Below are positions 20,007-29,248 of a stretch of DNA of 64,000 nucleotides, piece by piece. Source of the DNA: an uncultured Acidobacteriota bacterium (GTDB taxonomy: Bacteria; Acidobacteriota; Thermoanaerobaculia; Gp7-AA8). The position numbers were made by a program, and so were the translations under genes. Every line of letters begins with the position of its first letter. The first letter of the stretch is position 1. The notes below the pieces were generated by a model that saw only the letters and a list, made by a program, of their open reading frames with translations, did no database searches and was not told the DNA's origin. The DNA is taken from NCBI GenBank assembly GCA_963822445.1, contig CAWGHO010000001.1, positions 448,001-512,000 of the forward strand. Direction: 5' to 3'.

Positions 20007-21266
20007 ATGGCTGGCAAGCGTGGACAGGGCGGCGGCGACATTCCTACCAACGACAACTACTCCGGCGGCGAGTACCGCAGCAGCGGTGACGTGCGCACCG
20101 GTTTGATCCAGCGTGCGAAAGGAACCATTCCGGTCCAGTACGCGGTCGTGGACGGATTGGCCATCTTCGAAGGCGACATCGTCCTCGGCACGGCGGCCGA
20201 AGTTCAGAATGAGACCGAAGTGCTGCGCAATCCGGAAGGGTTCGCGTCGGCGGTCGTGATCGTCGGCGCGCAGTTCCGCTGGCCGAACTGCATCGTCCCC
20301 TTCACCATCGACCCGGCGCTGCCGAATCAGGCCCGCGTCACCGACGCGATCGCGCATTGGGAAGCCACCACGAACTATCGCTTCCCCGCCAAGACCTCGG
20401 TACACACGGACTGGATCACTTTCCGTCCCGCGGGCGGCTGCTCCTCGCACGTCGGCCGTCAGGGCGGACAGCAGTTCATCAACCTCTCCAACGCCTGCTC
20501 CACCGGCAACACCATCCACGAGATCGGTCACGCCATCGGCCTGTGGCACGAGCAGAGCCGCCAGGACCGCGATCTCTTCGTCAACATCATCTGGGCGAAG
20601 ATCGACCCCGCCCTCGCGCATAACTTCAACCAGCACATCACCGATGGCGACGACGTCGGTCCGTACGACTACGGCTCGATCATGCATTACCCCCGCACGG
20701 CGTTCTCGATCGACGGCAGCGACACGATCGTGCCCATCAATCCCGCAGGCGCGATGATCGGCCAGCGCAACGCGCTCAGCCCCGGCGACATCGCCGCGGC
20801 GAACTCGCTCTGCACGCCGGTCGTGACCACGAAGAAGGAGCTCACGTCCGATCCGATCACCAAGAAGGAGCTGGTCAAGGACGTCCGCCTGGACACGAAG
20901 AAGGAAGTCATTCACGACACGCGGAAAGAGTTCATCAAGGACAAGTTCAAGGACGTCTCCTTCGATCCGATCAAGCGCGTCGGGCTCGACCCGCCTTTCA
21001 CCAAGCCGGGCGGCCGCGTCATCAATCCGGCGATCATTCGCCGGCCGGGCGAGGCCGTTCCGTTCGCCGTGGCCGCACCGCATCAGGCTCCGGGTGCCGA
21101 AAACGAGGAGACCATCAACGCCATCGGGCAGCTCGACGCGCAGTTGCAGCAGATCGCGGATGCGCTGAACGAGACCGAAATGCAGCGCGACTCGCTGCAG
21201 CAGCAATACGACGAGACGCTGGCTCTGCTCAATCAGCATCTCGACAGCGCCGATCCCCAGGGCTGA
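20007..21266 (+). CDS. Astacin (M12A, LegP-like) metalloprotease fused to a putative graspetide precursor tail
   Basis: CAGGAGG RBS; FEGDI propeptide motif; HEIGHAIGLWHEQSRQDRD; SIMHY Met-turn; tail TTKKELTSDPI-TKKELVKDVRLD-TKKEVIHD-TRKEFIKD, then PFAVAAPH and a coiled coil; no signal peptide. Confidence 0.9.
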   Translation: MAGKRGQGGGDIPTNDNYSGGEYRSSGDVRTGLIQRAKGTIPVQYAVVDGLAIFEGDIVLGTAAEVQNETEVLRNPEGFASAVVIVGAQFRWPNCIVPFTIDPALPNQARVTDAIAHWEATTNYRFPAKTSVHTDWITFRPAGGCSSHVGRQGGQQFINLSNACSTGNTIHEIGHAIGLWHEQSRQDRDLFVNIIWAKIDPALAHNFNQHITDGDDVGPYDYGSIMHYPRTAFSIDGSDTIVPINPAGAMIGQRNALSPGDIAAANSLCTPVVTTKKELTSDPITKKELVKDVRLDTKKEVIHDTRKEFIKDKFKDVSFDPIKRVGLDPPFTKPGGRVINPAIIRRPGEAVPFAVAAPHQAPGAENEETINAIGQLDAQLQQIADALNETEMQRDSLQQQYDETLALLNQHLDSADPQG

Positions 21267-21275
21267 GGGCTCGCG

Positions 21276-22217
21276 ATGATCGTCGTGATCTCCCATCCCG
21301 ATGACGTGCATGCCGGGCACGTGCTCGGCCTGCTCGAGCGCGACGGCAGCGAGGCGATGCTTCTCAACATCGCCGAGCTGCCCGAGCGCGCGACCATGAC
21401 CATCGACTACGGCCGCGGCGAAACGCCGCGGCTGTCGTACGGCAACAACGGGCATTCGATCGATCTGTCGAACGCGAAGTCCGTGTGGTGGCGGCGCCCG
21501 CAATCGCCCGACCTCGCCGCGGTCGGCAACGACGACGTGTACGCGTTCGCGCAGAACGAGTGGCAGGAAGCGCTGAACGGGATGTGGCAGCTCGTCGATG
21601 CGCCCTGGATGAATCCACCGGCGCGCGACGAGGTGGCATCGCGAAAGGCGTTGCAGTTGCGCGTCGCGAATGAAGTCGGTCTGCGCACCCCGCGGACGAT
21701 GATGACCTCCGATCCCGACGCCGCCCGCCGCTTCATCCAGGACGAAGGCCTCGGCAAAACGATCTTCAAGACCTTCTCCTGCACGCACAAGATCTGGCGG
21801 GAAACGCGGCTGGTGCGCGCGGAAGAGCTGGAGATCCTCGACCGCGTCCGCTACGCGCCGGTGATTTTTCAGGAGTACATCGAGGCCGAAGCCGATCTGC
21901 GGGTGACCGTGGTCGGCGACAGGATGTTCCCGGCGGCGATCCACTCACCGGGAACGGACTACGAGGTCGATTTCAGGATGTCGCTCGGCCAGGCTCGGAC
22001 CGAGGCTTGTGAGCTGCCGCCGGCGATCGAGCAGGCAGTCTTCGCCCTCATGAAGCGCCTCGGGCTGATTTACGGAGCGATCGACATCCGCCGCACGCCC
22101 GCGGGCGAGCATGTCTTCCTCGAAGTGAATACTGCGGGGGAGTTTCTCTTCGTCGAGGAGCGCACCGGCCAGCCGATCGGGAGGGCGGTGGCGGACTGGT
22201 TGGCTCGGCCGGCCTAA
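21276..22217 (+). CDS. MvdC/MvdD-family ATP-grasp peptide ligase (graspetide synthetase)
   Basis: DDVHA, VWWRRP, WMNPP...RKALQL...GLRTPRT, PVIFQEYI, DLRVTVVG, VDFR, YGAID, FLEVNTAGEFLFVE. Confidence 0.9.
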   Translation: MIVVISHPDDVHAGHVLGLLERDGSEAMLLNIAELPERATMTIDYGRGETPRLSYGNNGHSIDLSNAKSVWWRRPQSPDLAAVGNDDVYAFAQNEWQEALNGMWQLVDAPWMNPPARDEVASRKALQLRVANEVGLRTPRTMMTSDPDAARRFIQDEGLGKTIFKTFSCTHKIWRETRLVRAEELEILDRVRYAPVIFQEYIEAEADLRVTVVGDRMFPAAIHSPGTDYEVDFRMSLGQARTEACELPPAIEQAVFALMKRLGLIYGAIDIRRTPAGEHVFLEVNTAGEFLFVEERTGQPIGRAVADWLARPA

Positions 22218-22390
22218 TCGGCGGCTTCGTTTTCGGCGGGGGAAAAGACGTCGTCGTCCGGGATGATCTCGGGGCCGCCCGACTTCTCACCGGTCTTCTT
22301 CTGGGCGCGTTTTTCGGCCTTGGCCGCGGCACGCTCGCGCCGCTGCTGCTCTCTCTGTCGCTTGACGAAACTGGCTTGCGGTCTACCCAA
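22214..22390 (-). CDS. Small basic protein downstream of the cold-shock gene
   Basis: TTG start with GAGGTG RBS; MGRPQASFVKRQREQQRRERAAAKAEKRAQKK... 58 aa; not in the ORF track. Confidence 0.65.
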   Translation of the reverse strand: MGRPQASFVKRQREQQRRERAAAKAEKRAQKKTGEKSGGPEIIPDDDVFSPAENEAAD

Positions 22391-22427
22391 CTCTCACCTC
22401 CGGAAACGTAACTGGATGATGCCACAC

Positions 22428-22462
22428 AAAAACAGAAACGGGCAGGATCACTCCTGCCCGTT
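22428..22462 (-). terminator. Rho-independent terminator after the cold-shock gene
   Basis: Minus strand AACGGGCAGG-AGTGAT-CCTGCCCGTT followed by TCTGTTTTT. Confidence 0.75.
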
Positions 22463-22485
22463 CCGGATGTAGGTCGACTTTTCAG

Positions 22486-22689
22486 TTAGACCGGGACGAC
22501 GTTCGCCGCCTGAAGGCCTTTCGGGCCCTGCACGACATCGAACTCGACCGCGGCGCCTTCAGCCAGCGACCGGAAGCCGCCGCCCTGAATGGCCGAGAAA
22601 TGGACGAACACGTCGTCACCCTTCTCGCTCGTGATGAAGCCAAAGCCCTTAGCGTCGTTGAACCACTTCACATTTCCAGATGTTCTCAT
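22486..22689 (-). CDS. cspA: Cold-shock protein
   Basis: [15 protein letters not shown] (RNP1), DVFVHFSAI (RNP2); AAAGGAG RBS. Confidence 0.95.
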   Translation of the reverse strand: MRTSGNVKWFNDAKGFGFITSEKGDDVFVHFSAIQGGGFRSLAEGAAVEFDVVQGPKGLQAANVVPV

Positions 22690-22800
22690 TGAATCTCCTT
22701 TCTGTGTTGCCTCAGGAGATCCGTGCGACGTTTCTCGAGCTGCATATCACTTGTGTAGACTCAACCTAACCGGTCACCAGTGCTTCTAATTCCGTCCGGG

Positions 22801-22971
22801 TCAGCTTGCGTTCGCTTTTGCCGACTTCTTCGGCGCCGGCGCCGCCGGAGCCGCTTCCTCGGCCTTGCCGCCCTTGATCTGGGCGAGTGCGGCGCGATCC
22901 TTGACGCGCTGGGCCGTCCGGCGCTTCCTGGTGATCGCGGAACGCGCCTTTTCTCCATTGATCTTCGACAT
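22801..22971 (-). CDS. Small basic hypothetical protein
   Basis: GAGG RBS, MSKINGEKARSAITRKRRTAQRVKDR... 56 aa. Confidence 0.6.
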   Translation of the reverse strand: MSKINGEKARSAITRKRRTAQRVKDRAALAQIKGGKAEEAAPAAPAPKKSAKANAS

Positions 22972-23035
22972 CGATGTTTCCTCCTGTGGACCGCAGTATC
23001 GCAGCCGGGATGTGTTCTTGCACTCAAAAGACCAG

Positions 23036-23395
23036 ATGGAAAGGCGTGTACTGGTCGTGGAGGACGAGGACAACATCCGCTCGATGATGCGGACATTCCT
23101 CACCCGGCGCGGATTTGCGGTCGAGACCGCTGTCGACGGCCAGGAAGGCATCGAGCAGCTGGCCGACGCGAATTTCGACGTCCTGGTCCTCGATCTGATG
23201 ATGCCCCGCGTCTCCGGTCTGGGCGTCCTTCAGTACCTCGACCGCGCCCATCCGGACATGATCAACCGCACCGTCATCGCCACGGCGTACACCGGCGCCC
23301 TGCCCGCCGATCAGCTCAAACGCGTCTGCCGCGTGATCCGCAAGCCGTTCCAACTGGAAGAGCTGCTCGACGCGATCGAGTCATGCGCCGCGTGA
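23036..23395 (+). CDS. Single-domain response regulator
   Basis: VLVVEDE, LDLMMP, TA, KPF. Confidence 0.9.
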   Translation: MERRVLVVEDEDNIRSMMRTFLTRRGFAVETAVDGQEGIEQLADANFDVLVLDLMMPRVSGLGVLQYLDRAHPDMINRTVIATAYTGALPADQLKRVCRVIRKPFQLEELLDAIESCAA

Positions 23396-23399
23396 CACA

Positions 23400-25475
23400 G
23401 TGACCAGCTCCTCCCTCGATTTCAAACTGCTGTTCGAATCCGCGCCCGGCCTGTATCTCGTGCTCGACCCCACCCTTCGCATCGTGGCCGTGAGCGACGG
23501 ATACCTCGCCGCAACCATGACCCGGCGGGAGGACATCGTCGGCCGCAATCTCTTCGACGTCTTCCCCGACAATCCCGACGATCCCGACGCAACCGGCACA
23601 CGCAATCTGAGAGCGTCGCTGGAGACCGTTCTCCGCACCGGCGAGCCGCACACGATGGCCGTGCAGAAGTACGACATCCGCCGGCCCGCGTCCGAGGGGG
23701 GCGGGTTCGAGGAGCGGTTCTGGAGTCCGGTGAACTCGCCGGTGATTGCCGGCAATCAGCTCACCCACATCATTCATCGCGTCGAAGACGTGACCGGCTT
23801 CGTCCGCCTCGACCGGGAGACGAAGGAACGCGAGCGGGCAAATGACGAGCTGCGCTCGCGAGCCGAGACCGTGCGCGCGGAGCTGTACCTGCGCACGCAG
23901 GCTCTCGAAGAGGCGAATCTGCGCGGATTCGTGGCCACGTCCAGCCGGGAGCTCGGCCTCATTCCGCGGGCGAATCTGTACCTGCTGCTCATGCAGGCGC
24001 CGGCCGCGGTCTGCATCGTTCGCGGCGCCGATCACATCCTCGAGCTGGTCAATCCCGTCTTTCAAAGCCTGACCGGTGGTGAGGAGCTTCTCGGCCGCCC
24101 GGTCGGGGAAGCACTGCCCGATGCGATCCGCGAGCTCGTCGTCGAGCCTCTCGATCGCGTGCTGACGACCGGCGAGTCGTGCGTGCGCAACGAGGTCGAG
24201 CTGCGCGAGGGGGCCTTCTTCACGCTGATGTACCAGCCGTTGCTCGGCGTCGACGGACTCGTGGAAGGGGTGGTCTTCTTCGGATTCGACATCTCTGACG
24301 AGGTGAAGTCGCGGCGGAAAGTCGAAGAGCTCGCGCGCGAGCTGCGCGACGCAAACCGCGCCAAAGACGAGTTCATCGCCATCATTTCCCACGAGCTCCG
24401 CACGCCCATGACCTCGATCCTCGGATGGACGCGCATGCTCGGCCTGGGCGGACTCGATGAAGAAACGCACCGCACTGCCCTCGACGCGCTGGAGCGAAGC
24501 ACGCGTGCGCAGGCGAAGTTGATCGAAGACCTCCTCGACGAGTCGCGAATTGCCGCGGGAAAACTTCGGCTCGACCTTCGCGCCCTCGACCTCGTGACCG
24601 TCGTCCACGCCGCCGTGTCGATGGCCAAACCGTCGGCGGACGCAAAGGGCCTGGCGGTTTCCATCGAGCGCGATGGCGATCGCTACCCCGTCTTCGGCGA
24701 TCCGCTCCGCCTGCAACAGATGATCGGCAACCTCCTCGGCAACGCCATCAAGTTCACGCATGAGGGCGGCCATGTGACCGTGAGGCTGCGGCAGGAAAAC
24801 ACGCGCGGGTTCATCGAGGTCATCGATGACGGCCGCGGCGTTCCGCCCGCGCTTCTGCCGCACGTCTTCGACCGTTTCCGCCAGGGGGACGATCAGCTCA
24901 GTGATCGCCAGAGCGGCCTCGGACTGGGCCTGGCCATCACCCGCCATCTGGTGGAGATGCACGGCGGCGAGGTGACGGCTGCAAGCGACGGCGACGGGCG
25001 CGGCTCGACGTTCACGATCAGCCTGCCCCTGCATCAGACCACGATGACCTCCGCGCAACTGATCGGACGCGATTCCGGGCGCGTGCGCCAGATGCCGCAA
25101 CTCGCGGACGTCCGCGTTCTCCTCATCGAAGACGAGGTCGACAACCGCAACGTTCTGGCCACGGCGCTCAAGCAATGCGGCGCCGAAGTTCATTGCGCGG
25201 GAACGGCGGCGACGGCGCTCGATCTCATCGGGCGCTGGAAACCGGACGTCGTGATCTGCGACATCGCCCTCCCCGATCTCGACGGCTGCTCTCTGCTCGG
25301 CAAGCTGAGAGCCGTGCCGGAGCGGCGCGAGATTCCCGCGCTAGCCCTCACCGTCCTCGGCCGGCCGAACGAACAGGCGCGCATCACCGCGGCGGGCTTC
25401 CAGGTCTTTCGCCAGAAGCCGATCGACCCTGTCGATCTCGCGCATGAAGTGTCGCGCCTGGCGACGCTGCCTTAG
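23400..25475 (+). CDS. Hybrid sensor histidine kinase (PAS-PAS-HisKA-HATPase-REC)
   Basis: ISHELRTP, NLLGNAIKFT, DDGRG, GLGLGL, C-terminal receiver. Confidence 0.95.
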   Translation: MTSSSLDFKLLFESAPGLYLVLDPTLRIVAVSDGYLAATMTRREDIVGRNLFDVFPDNPDDPDATGTRNLRASLETVLRTGEPHTMAVQKYDIRRPASEGGGFEERFWSPVNSPVIAGNQLTHIIHRVEDVTGFVRLDRETKERERANDELRSRAETVRAELYLRTQALEEANLRGFVATSSRELGLIPRANLYLLLMQAPAAVCIVRGADHILELVNPVFQSLTGGEELLGRPVGEALPDAIRELVVEPLDRVLTTGESCVRNEVELREGAFFTLMYQPLLGVDGLVEGVVFFGFDISDEVKSRRKVEELARELRDANRAKDEFIAIISHELRTPMTSILGWTRMLGLGGLDEETHRTALDALERSTRAQAKLIEDLLDESRIAAGKLRLDLRALDLVTVVHAAVSMAKPSADAKGLAVSIERDGDRYPVFGDPLRLQQMIGNLLGNAIKFTHEGGHVTVRLRQENTRGFIEVIDDGRGVPPALLPHVFDRFRQGDDQLSDRQSGLGLGLAITRHLVEMHGGEVTAASDGDGRGSTFTISLPLHQTTMTSAQLIGRDSGRVRQMPQLADVRVLLIEDEVDNRNVLATALKQCGAEVHCAGTAATALDLIGRWKPDVVICDIALPDLDGCSLLGKLRAVPERREIPALALTVLGRPNEQARITAAGFQVFRQKPIDPVDLAHEVSRLATLP

Positions 25476-25577
25476 CGTACGGCGGGCGTCCCGCCCGCAT
25501 CCCGCGGAGCGTCCCGCTCCGCGGTCGAAGCGACGGCCGGGACGGCCGCCGCGAGCGCGCGAGACGCGCGCCGTACG
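25476..25577. repeat. Nested palindromic REP-like element between convergent genes
   Basis: CGTACGGCG...CGCCGTACG outer arms; inner GCGGGCGTCCCGCCCGC and CCGCGGAGCG..CGCTCCGCGG hairpins. Confidence 0.7.
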
Positions 25578-25994
25578 TCAGTGCCCTTCGCTGACGATGC
25601 GTGACTTGCGCCGGTCGCGATGTCCTAGCTCGCACGAGGCCTTCACGTACGCCGCGAGTTGCACGATGTCGAACGGCTTGAAGATCACGGCGTTGACGAC
25701 GGTCGGATCGAGGTTCTGCAGGAGCGAGCGCTCCGTGGCCGTGATGACGATGACCGTGTTCGGCTTCCGCTCCGGATGCTCGGCGAGCCAGGAGATCACT
25801 TCCCAGCCCGTGACGGTGGGCATCATGAGGTCGAGGACCAGGACCAGCCATTCCTGCCGCTGAAGCAGCTCCAGGGCTTGCTGTCCGTCGCTGGCGGTGG
25901 CGAGCTTCAGCCTGCGTCGCCGGAACGCCGCCGCCAGCAGATTGCGGATGGACGGGTCGTCCTCGGTCACCAGAACCGAACAGTTCTCCGTCAC
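25578..25994 (-). CDS. Single-domain response regulator
   Basis: VLVTEDD, LDLMMP, KPFD; GTG overlaps the upstream stop. Confidence 0.88.
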   Translation of the reverse strand: MTENCSVLVTEDDPSIRNLLAAAFRRRRLKLATASDGQQALELLQRQEWLVLVLDLMMPTVTGWEVISWLAEHPERKPNTVIVITATERSLLQNLDPTVVNAVIFKPFDIVQLAAYVKASCELGHRDRRKSRIVSEGH

Positions 25995-26374
25995 GCCCGT
26001 ACCTCCTCGCGACTCAGGACACTGTCCACGATCGCGTCGAACTCCAGGAGATCGAATGGTTTGCGGAGAACCGCCGCGACCTTTACCGGCAACGCGCCGA
26101 CGGACGCGATCTGGCACGCCGTGACCACGATGATCCGGTCAAGCAGCTCGGCGCGCTCACGCCAGAGGAGATCGAGCACTTCGTAGCCGCTGACGTGAGG
26201 CGTGAGCAGGTCGAGAAGGATGAGGTCGTACGTCCTGCGCCGGATCCGATCGATGGCTTCCTTGCCGGTCGCTACGCTGTCGACAGCCAAGCCGTGTCGG
26301 CTCAGCAACTTATCGAGAAGACCGCGAATCGCGCAGTCGTCCTCGCAAATGAGCACCCGTTGGCCGTTGCCCAT
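25991..26374 (-). CDS. Single-domain response regulator
   Basis: VLICEDD, LDLLTP, KPFD; AAGGAGAGG RBS. Confidence 0.88.
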   Translation of the reverse strand: MGNGQRVLICEDDCAIRGLLDKLLSRHGLAVDSVATGKEAIDRIRRRTYDLILLDLLTPHVSGYEVLDLLWRERAELLDRIIVVTACQIASVGALPVKVAAVLRKPFDLLEFDAIVDSVLSREEVRA

Positions 26375-26440
26375 GACTGCCTCTCCTTGTTAGCGCGGAG
26401 ATCGGCAACAGAACGGTTACTGCAAATAATTTCAAGGAAG

Positions 26441-26773
26441 TCACACGCGGCGCACTTCGACCTGCATCTGGCCGCCGCGGCAGGGATAGGACTGCATGGT
26501 GATGAAGTCGCCCGCGCTGACTTTGCCGTCGCCATCCACGTCGATGTGGACGTAAATCGTCGGCCGCGCGCCCTCCTGGTCAGGGACGTCCAGCTCGGCA
26601 ACCGCCACCGGCGCTCCCGTGGCAGTGCTCTGGACGGTTCCGGTCGTTTCGGCCATGACCGTGGACGGCGCGTCCTGCAGACCAGTCTCGAGGACGCGCA
26701 CGAGCACCGGAGATCCCGCCGGCGGAGGATCTCCGCCGGCGGTGACGATTTCCACTCGAACGCGCATGGTCAT
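26441..26773 (-). CDS. Hypothetical protein, YbaY/YscW-like
   Basis: PPAGSPVLVRVLETGLQDAPS, HIDVDGDGKVSAGDFITMQSYP; ATGA overlap with the upstream ATPase stop. Confidence 0.6.
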   Translation of the reverse strand: MTMRVRVEIVTAGGDPPPAGSPVLVRVLETGLQDAPSTVMAETTGTVQSTATGAPVAVAELDVPDQEGARPTIYVHIDVDGDGKVSAGDFITMQSYPCRGGQMQVEVRRV

Positions 26774-29094
26774 TTGACTGCGATCGCTCTCGCCTGCTTG
26801 ACGTCGGTGACGCCCTTGAACGCCTTCTCGATGCGCGTCCTGCAGAAGCGTGCGCATCCCCTGCTGCATGGCCAGGCTGCGCAGCTCGCTCGATGGTGGC
26901 CTTGTTCTGGATGGCTTTCTTCATCTCGTCGGTGCCGACCAGCAGCTCGTGCACGCCCATGCGGCCTTTGTAGCCGGTGTTGTTGCACTGCGGGCAGCCC
27001 TTCGGCTTGTACAGCATCAGTTCCGGCGAGTAGGTGATGCCGGTCGACGGCCAGTAGTCGTAGCCGTAGACCTCGATGATCTCCTCGAACTCCTCCGGGG
27101 TCGGGTTGTAGCCCTCCTTGCACTTCGTGCAGAGCACGCGGATCAGGCGCTGGGCCATGATGCCGAGGAGCGCGTCGGCGAAGTTGAACGGGTCGATGTC
27201 CATGTCCAGCAGACGGGTGATCGTCTCCGGCGCCGAGTTCGTGTGCAGCGTCGAGAACACGAGGTGGCCGGTGAGCGAGGCCTCGATGCCGATGGCCGCC
27301 GTCTCGTGATCGCGCATCTCGCCGACCATGATCACGTCCGGATCGGCGCGCAGGAACGAGCGCATGGCCGCGGCGAAGGTGAAGTCGATCTTCGGGTGCA
27401 CCTGCACCTGGCGCAGGCCGCGCTGCGTGATCTCGACCGGGTCCTCCGCGGTCCAGATCTTCATGTCCACGGTGTTGATGAAGCCGAGGGCCGAGTGCAG
27501 GGTCGTGGTCTTGCCGGAGCCGGTCGGGCCGACGACCAGGGCGATGCCGTACGGCTTCTGCAAGCAGCGTCTTGAAGCGCGGCGAGGTTGCGGTCGCTGA
27601 AGCCCATCTTCTCGAGGGGCAGCGGTTTCGATGCGGCGAGGATGCGCATGACCACGTCTTCGTTCTGATTCGCGGTCGGGATGGTGGCGACGCGCAGCTC
27701 GATGGTCCCCTTCGAATACTTGAAGCGGATCTTGCCGTCCTGCGGCTTGCGCTTCTCGGAGATGTCGAGCTTGGCCATGATCTTGAGGCGCTGGACCAGC
27801 GCGTTGCGGTGCGCGCCCGGGATCTCCATGAACTTCTGGCAGTCGCCGTCGATGCGCAGGCGGATGCCGCACGGATGGCGCGGCCCCGTCGGGCTCGATG
27901 TGGATGTCCGAGGCGCCGCGCGCGTACGCCTCGATGATCAGCTGGTTCGCGAGCTTGACGATGCCCGAGTCGGTCTCGTCGAGCTCCGGCTCGTCCGGCT
28001 TCGGGTTGTCGTCGAGCTCGACCTTCTCCCCTTCGCCCAGCGAGTCGAGGATCTTGGCCCAGTCCGCGCCGTCGGCGGTCGAGCCATCCTGCTGGATCTG
28101 CTCGCCGTACGACAACGGCGATGTAGGCCATGATGTCGTGCTTCATCGCCACCTGGAACTCGTAGCGCGGCGCAAGGTTCATGGCCCGGATGCCGTCGAT
28201 GCGGGTCAGGTCCTGGGGATCGTCGACGGCGATGACCATGCAGTCCCGGCTTGCGCTCGATCGGCGCGGCTCCGTGCTTCTTCCAGATGTCGGCGGTGAC
28301 CCGGTCCCGCAGGTCCTGCGGGGATGGTCTGGACGCCGTCGAAGTTGAACCAGGGCACGGAGTAGTACGTGGCCAGCGAGCGGCCGATCTCATCGCGGGG
28401 GATGTTGCATGTCGTCGATGAGGACCTTCTCGACGTTCACGTTGTTCACCCGGGCGTTGCTGACGGCTGTGTCGAGGTCTTTCTCGGAGAGGACGCCCTT
28501 GTCGATCAGGACGCCGAACCGCGACGGCTTCGTCTGGCGCGTGACGCGGTGCTGGTTGTAGAAGGCGATGCCCAGGATTCGCGCGATTTCTTCGACGCCG
28601 TCCTCATCCTGTTCGGTGAAGGCAGGGCCGCGGCGCTTGTTGATCATCTGCACCACGCCGAGGAGGTATTTCTCGAAGAGGATCGGCACGGCGAGAACGG
28701 TGCGGGTGCGGAAACCGGTCTGTTTGTCCCAGCGCTGGTCGAACCGGAGGTTGGGATGGAACTTCTGGAGCTCGGCCGCGTCGTACGCGTCCTTGATGTT
28801 GATGGTCTTGCGGGCCAGGGCGGTGAAGCCGGCGATGGAGGCGAAGGACTTCGGGACCCGGATCTCCTTCGGCATGTCGCCGACCTTCTGCAGCGAGTAC
28901 AGCTCCTGGTTCTTGGTGTCGATGGCGTAGATGGTCAATCGCTCGGCATCGAGGAGCTCGAGGATCTTGTCCTTCAGCGTCATCAGGATGTGAGGAATGG
29001 ACTCCGCGGAGTTGATCTGGTTCGCGATTCCGGTGAGCTTCTTCCTGAATTCGAGCTCTCGCTCCATCGAGGAAGGCGCGGCCTGAACGGTCAT
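26770..29094 (-). pseudogene. GAF-domain GspE/PilB ATPase, broken by multiple frameshifts (likely sequencing errors)
   Basis: Fragments in different frames: GAF N-terminus (28390-29094), ASDIHIEP, KLDISEKRKPQDG, GPTGSGKTT, EDPVE, RADPDVIMVGEMRD, STLHTN, CxxC..GYKGR. Confidence 0.88.
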
Positions 29095-29248
29095 CTTTGA
29101 GGTCTCCTGACTGGCCGGTAAACGACGAAAAAGAATAGCACGCGGTCCTGCGCGTCCCTCCGCGACGGGAAGCGCGTCGTCTCGCCAAAATGACCCGATG
29201 TGACCCAGGTCACACCGTGGCGTGGGACTTGCCCGTATCGGTTACTTC

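Noticed and set aside
17552-21944. Long antisense ORFs (722 aa, 668 aa) and similar ones across the window
   Set aside because: Shadow frames of high-GC3 genes on the opposite strand.
21276-22217. RimK/LysX-type amino-acid ligase
   Set aside because: WWRRP, DFR and the N-terminal DxHA pattern fit MvdC/D-type peptide ligases better, and there is no ribosomal or lysine pathway context; a phylogeny is still needed.
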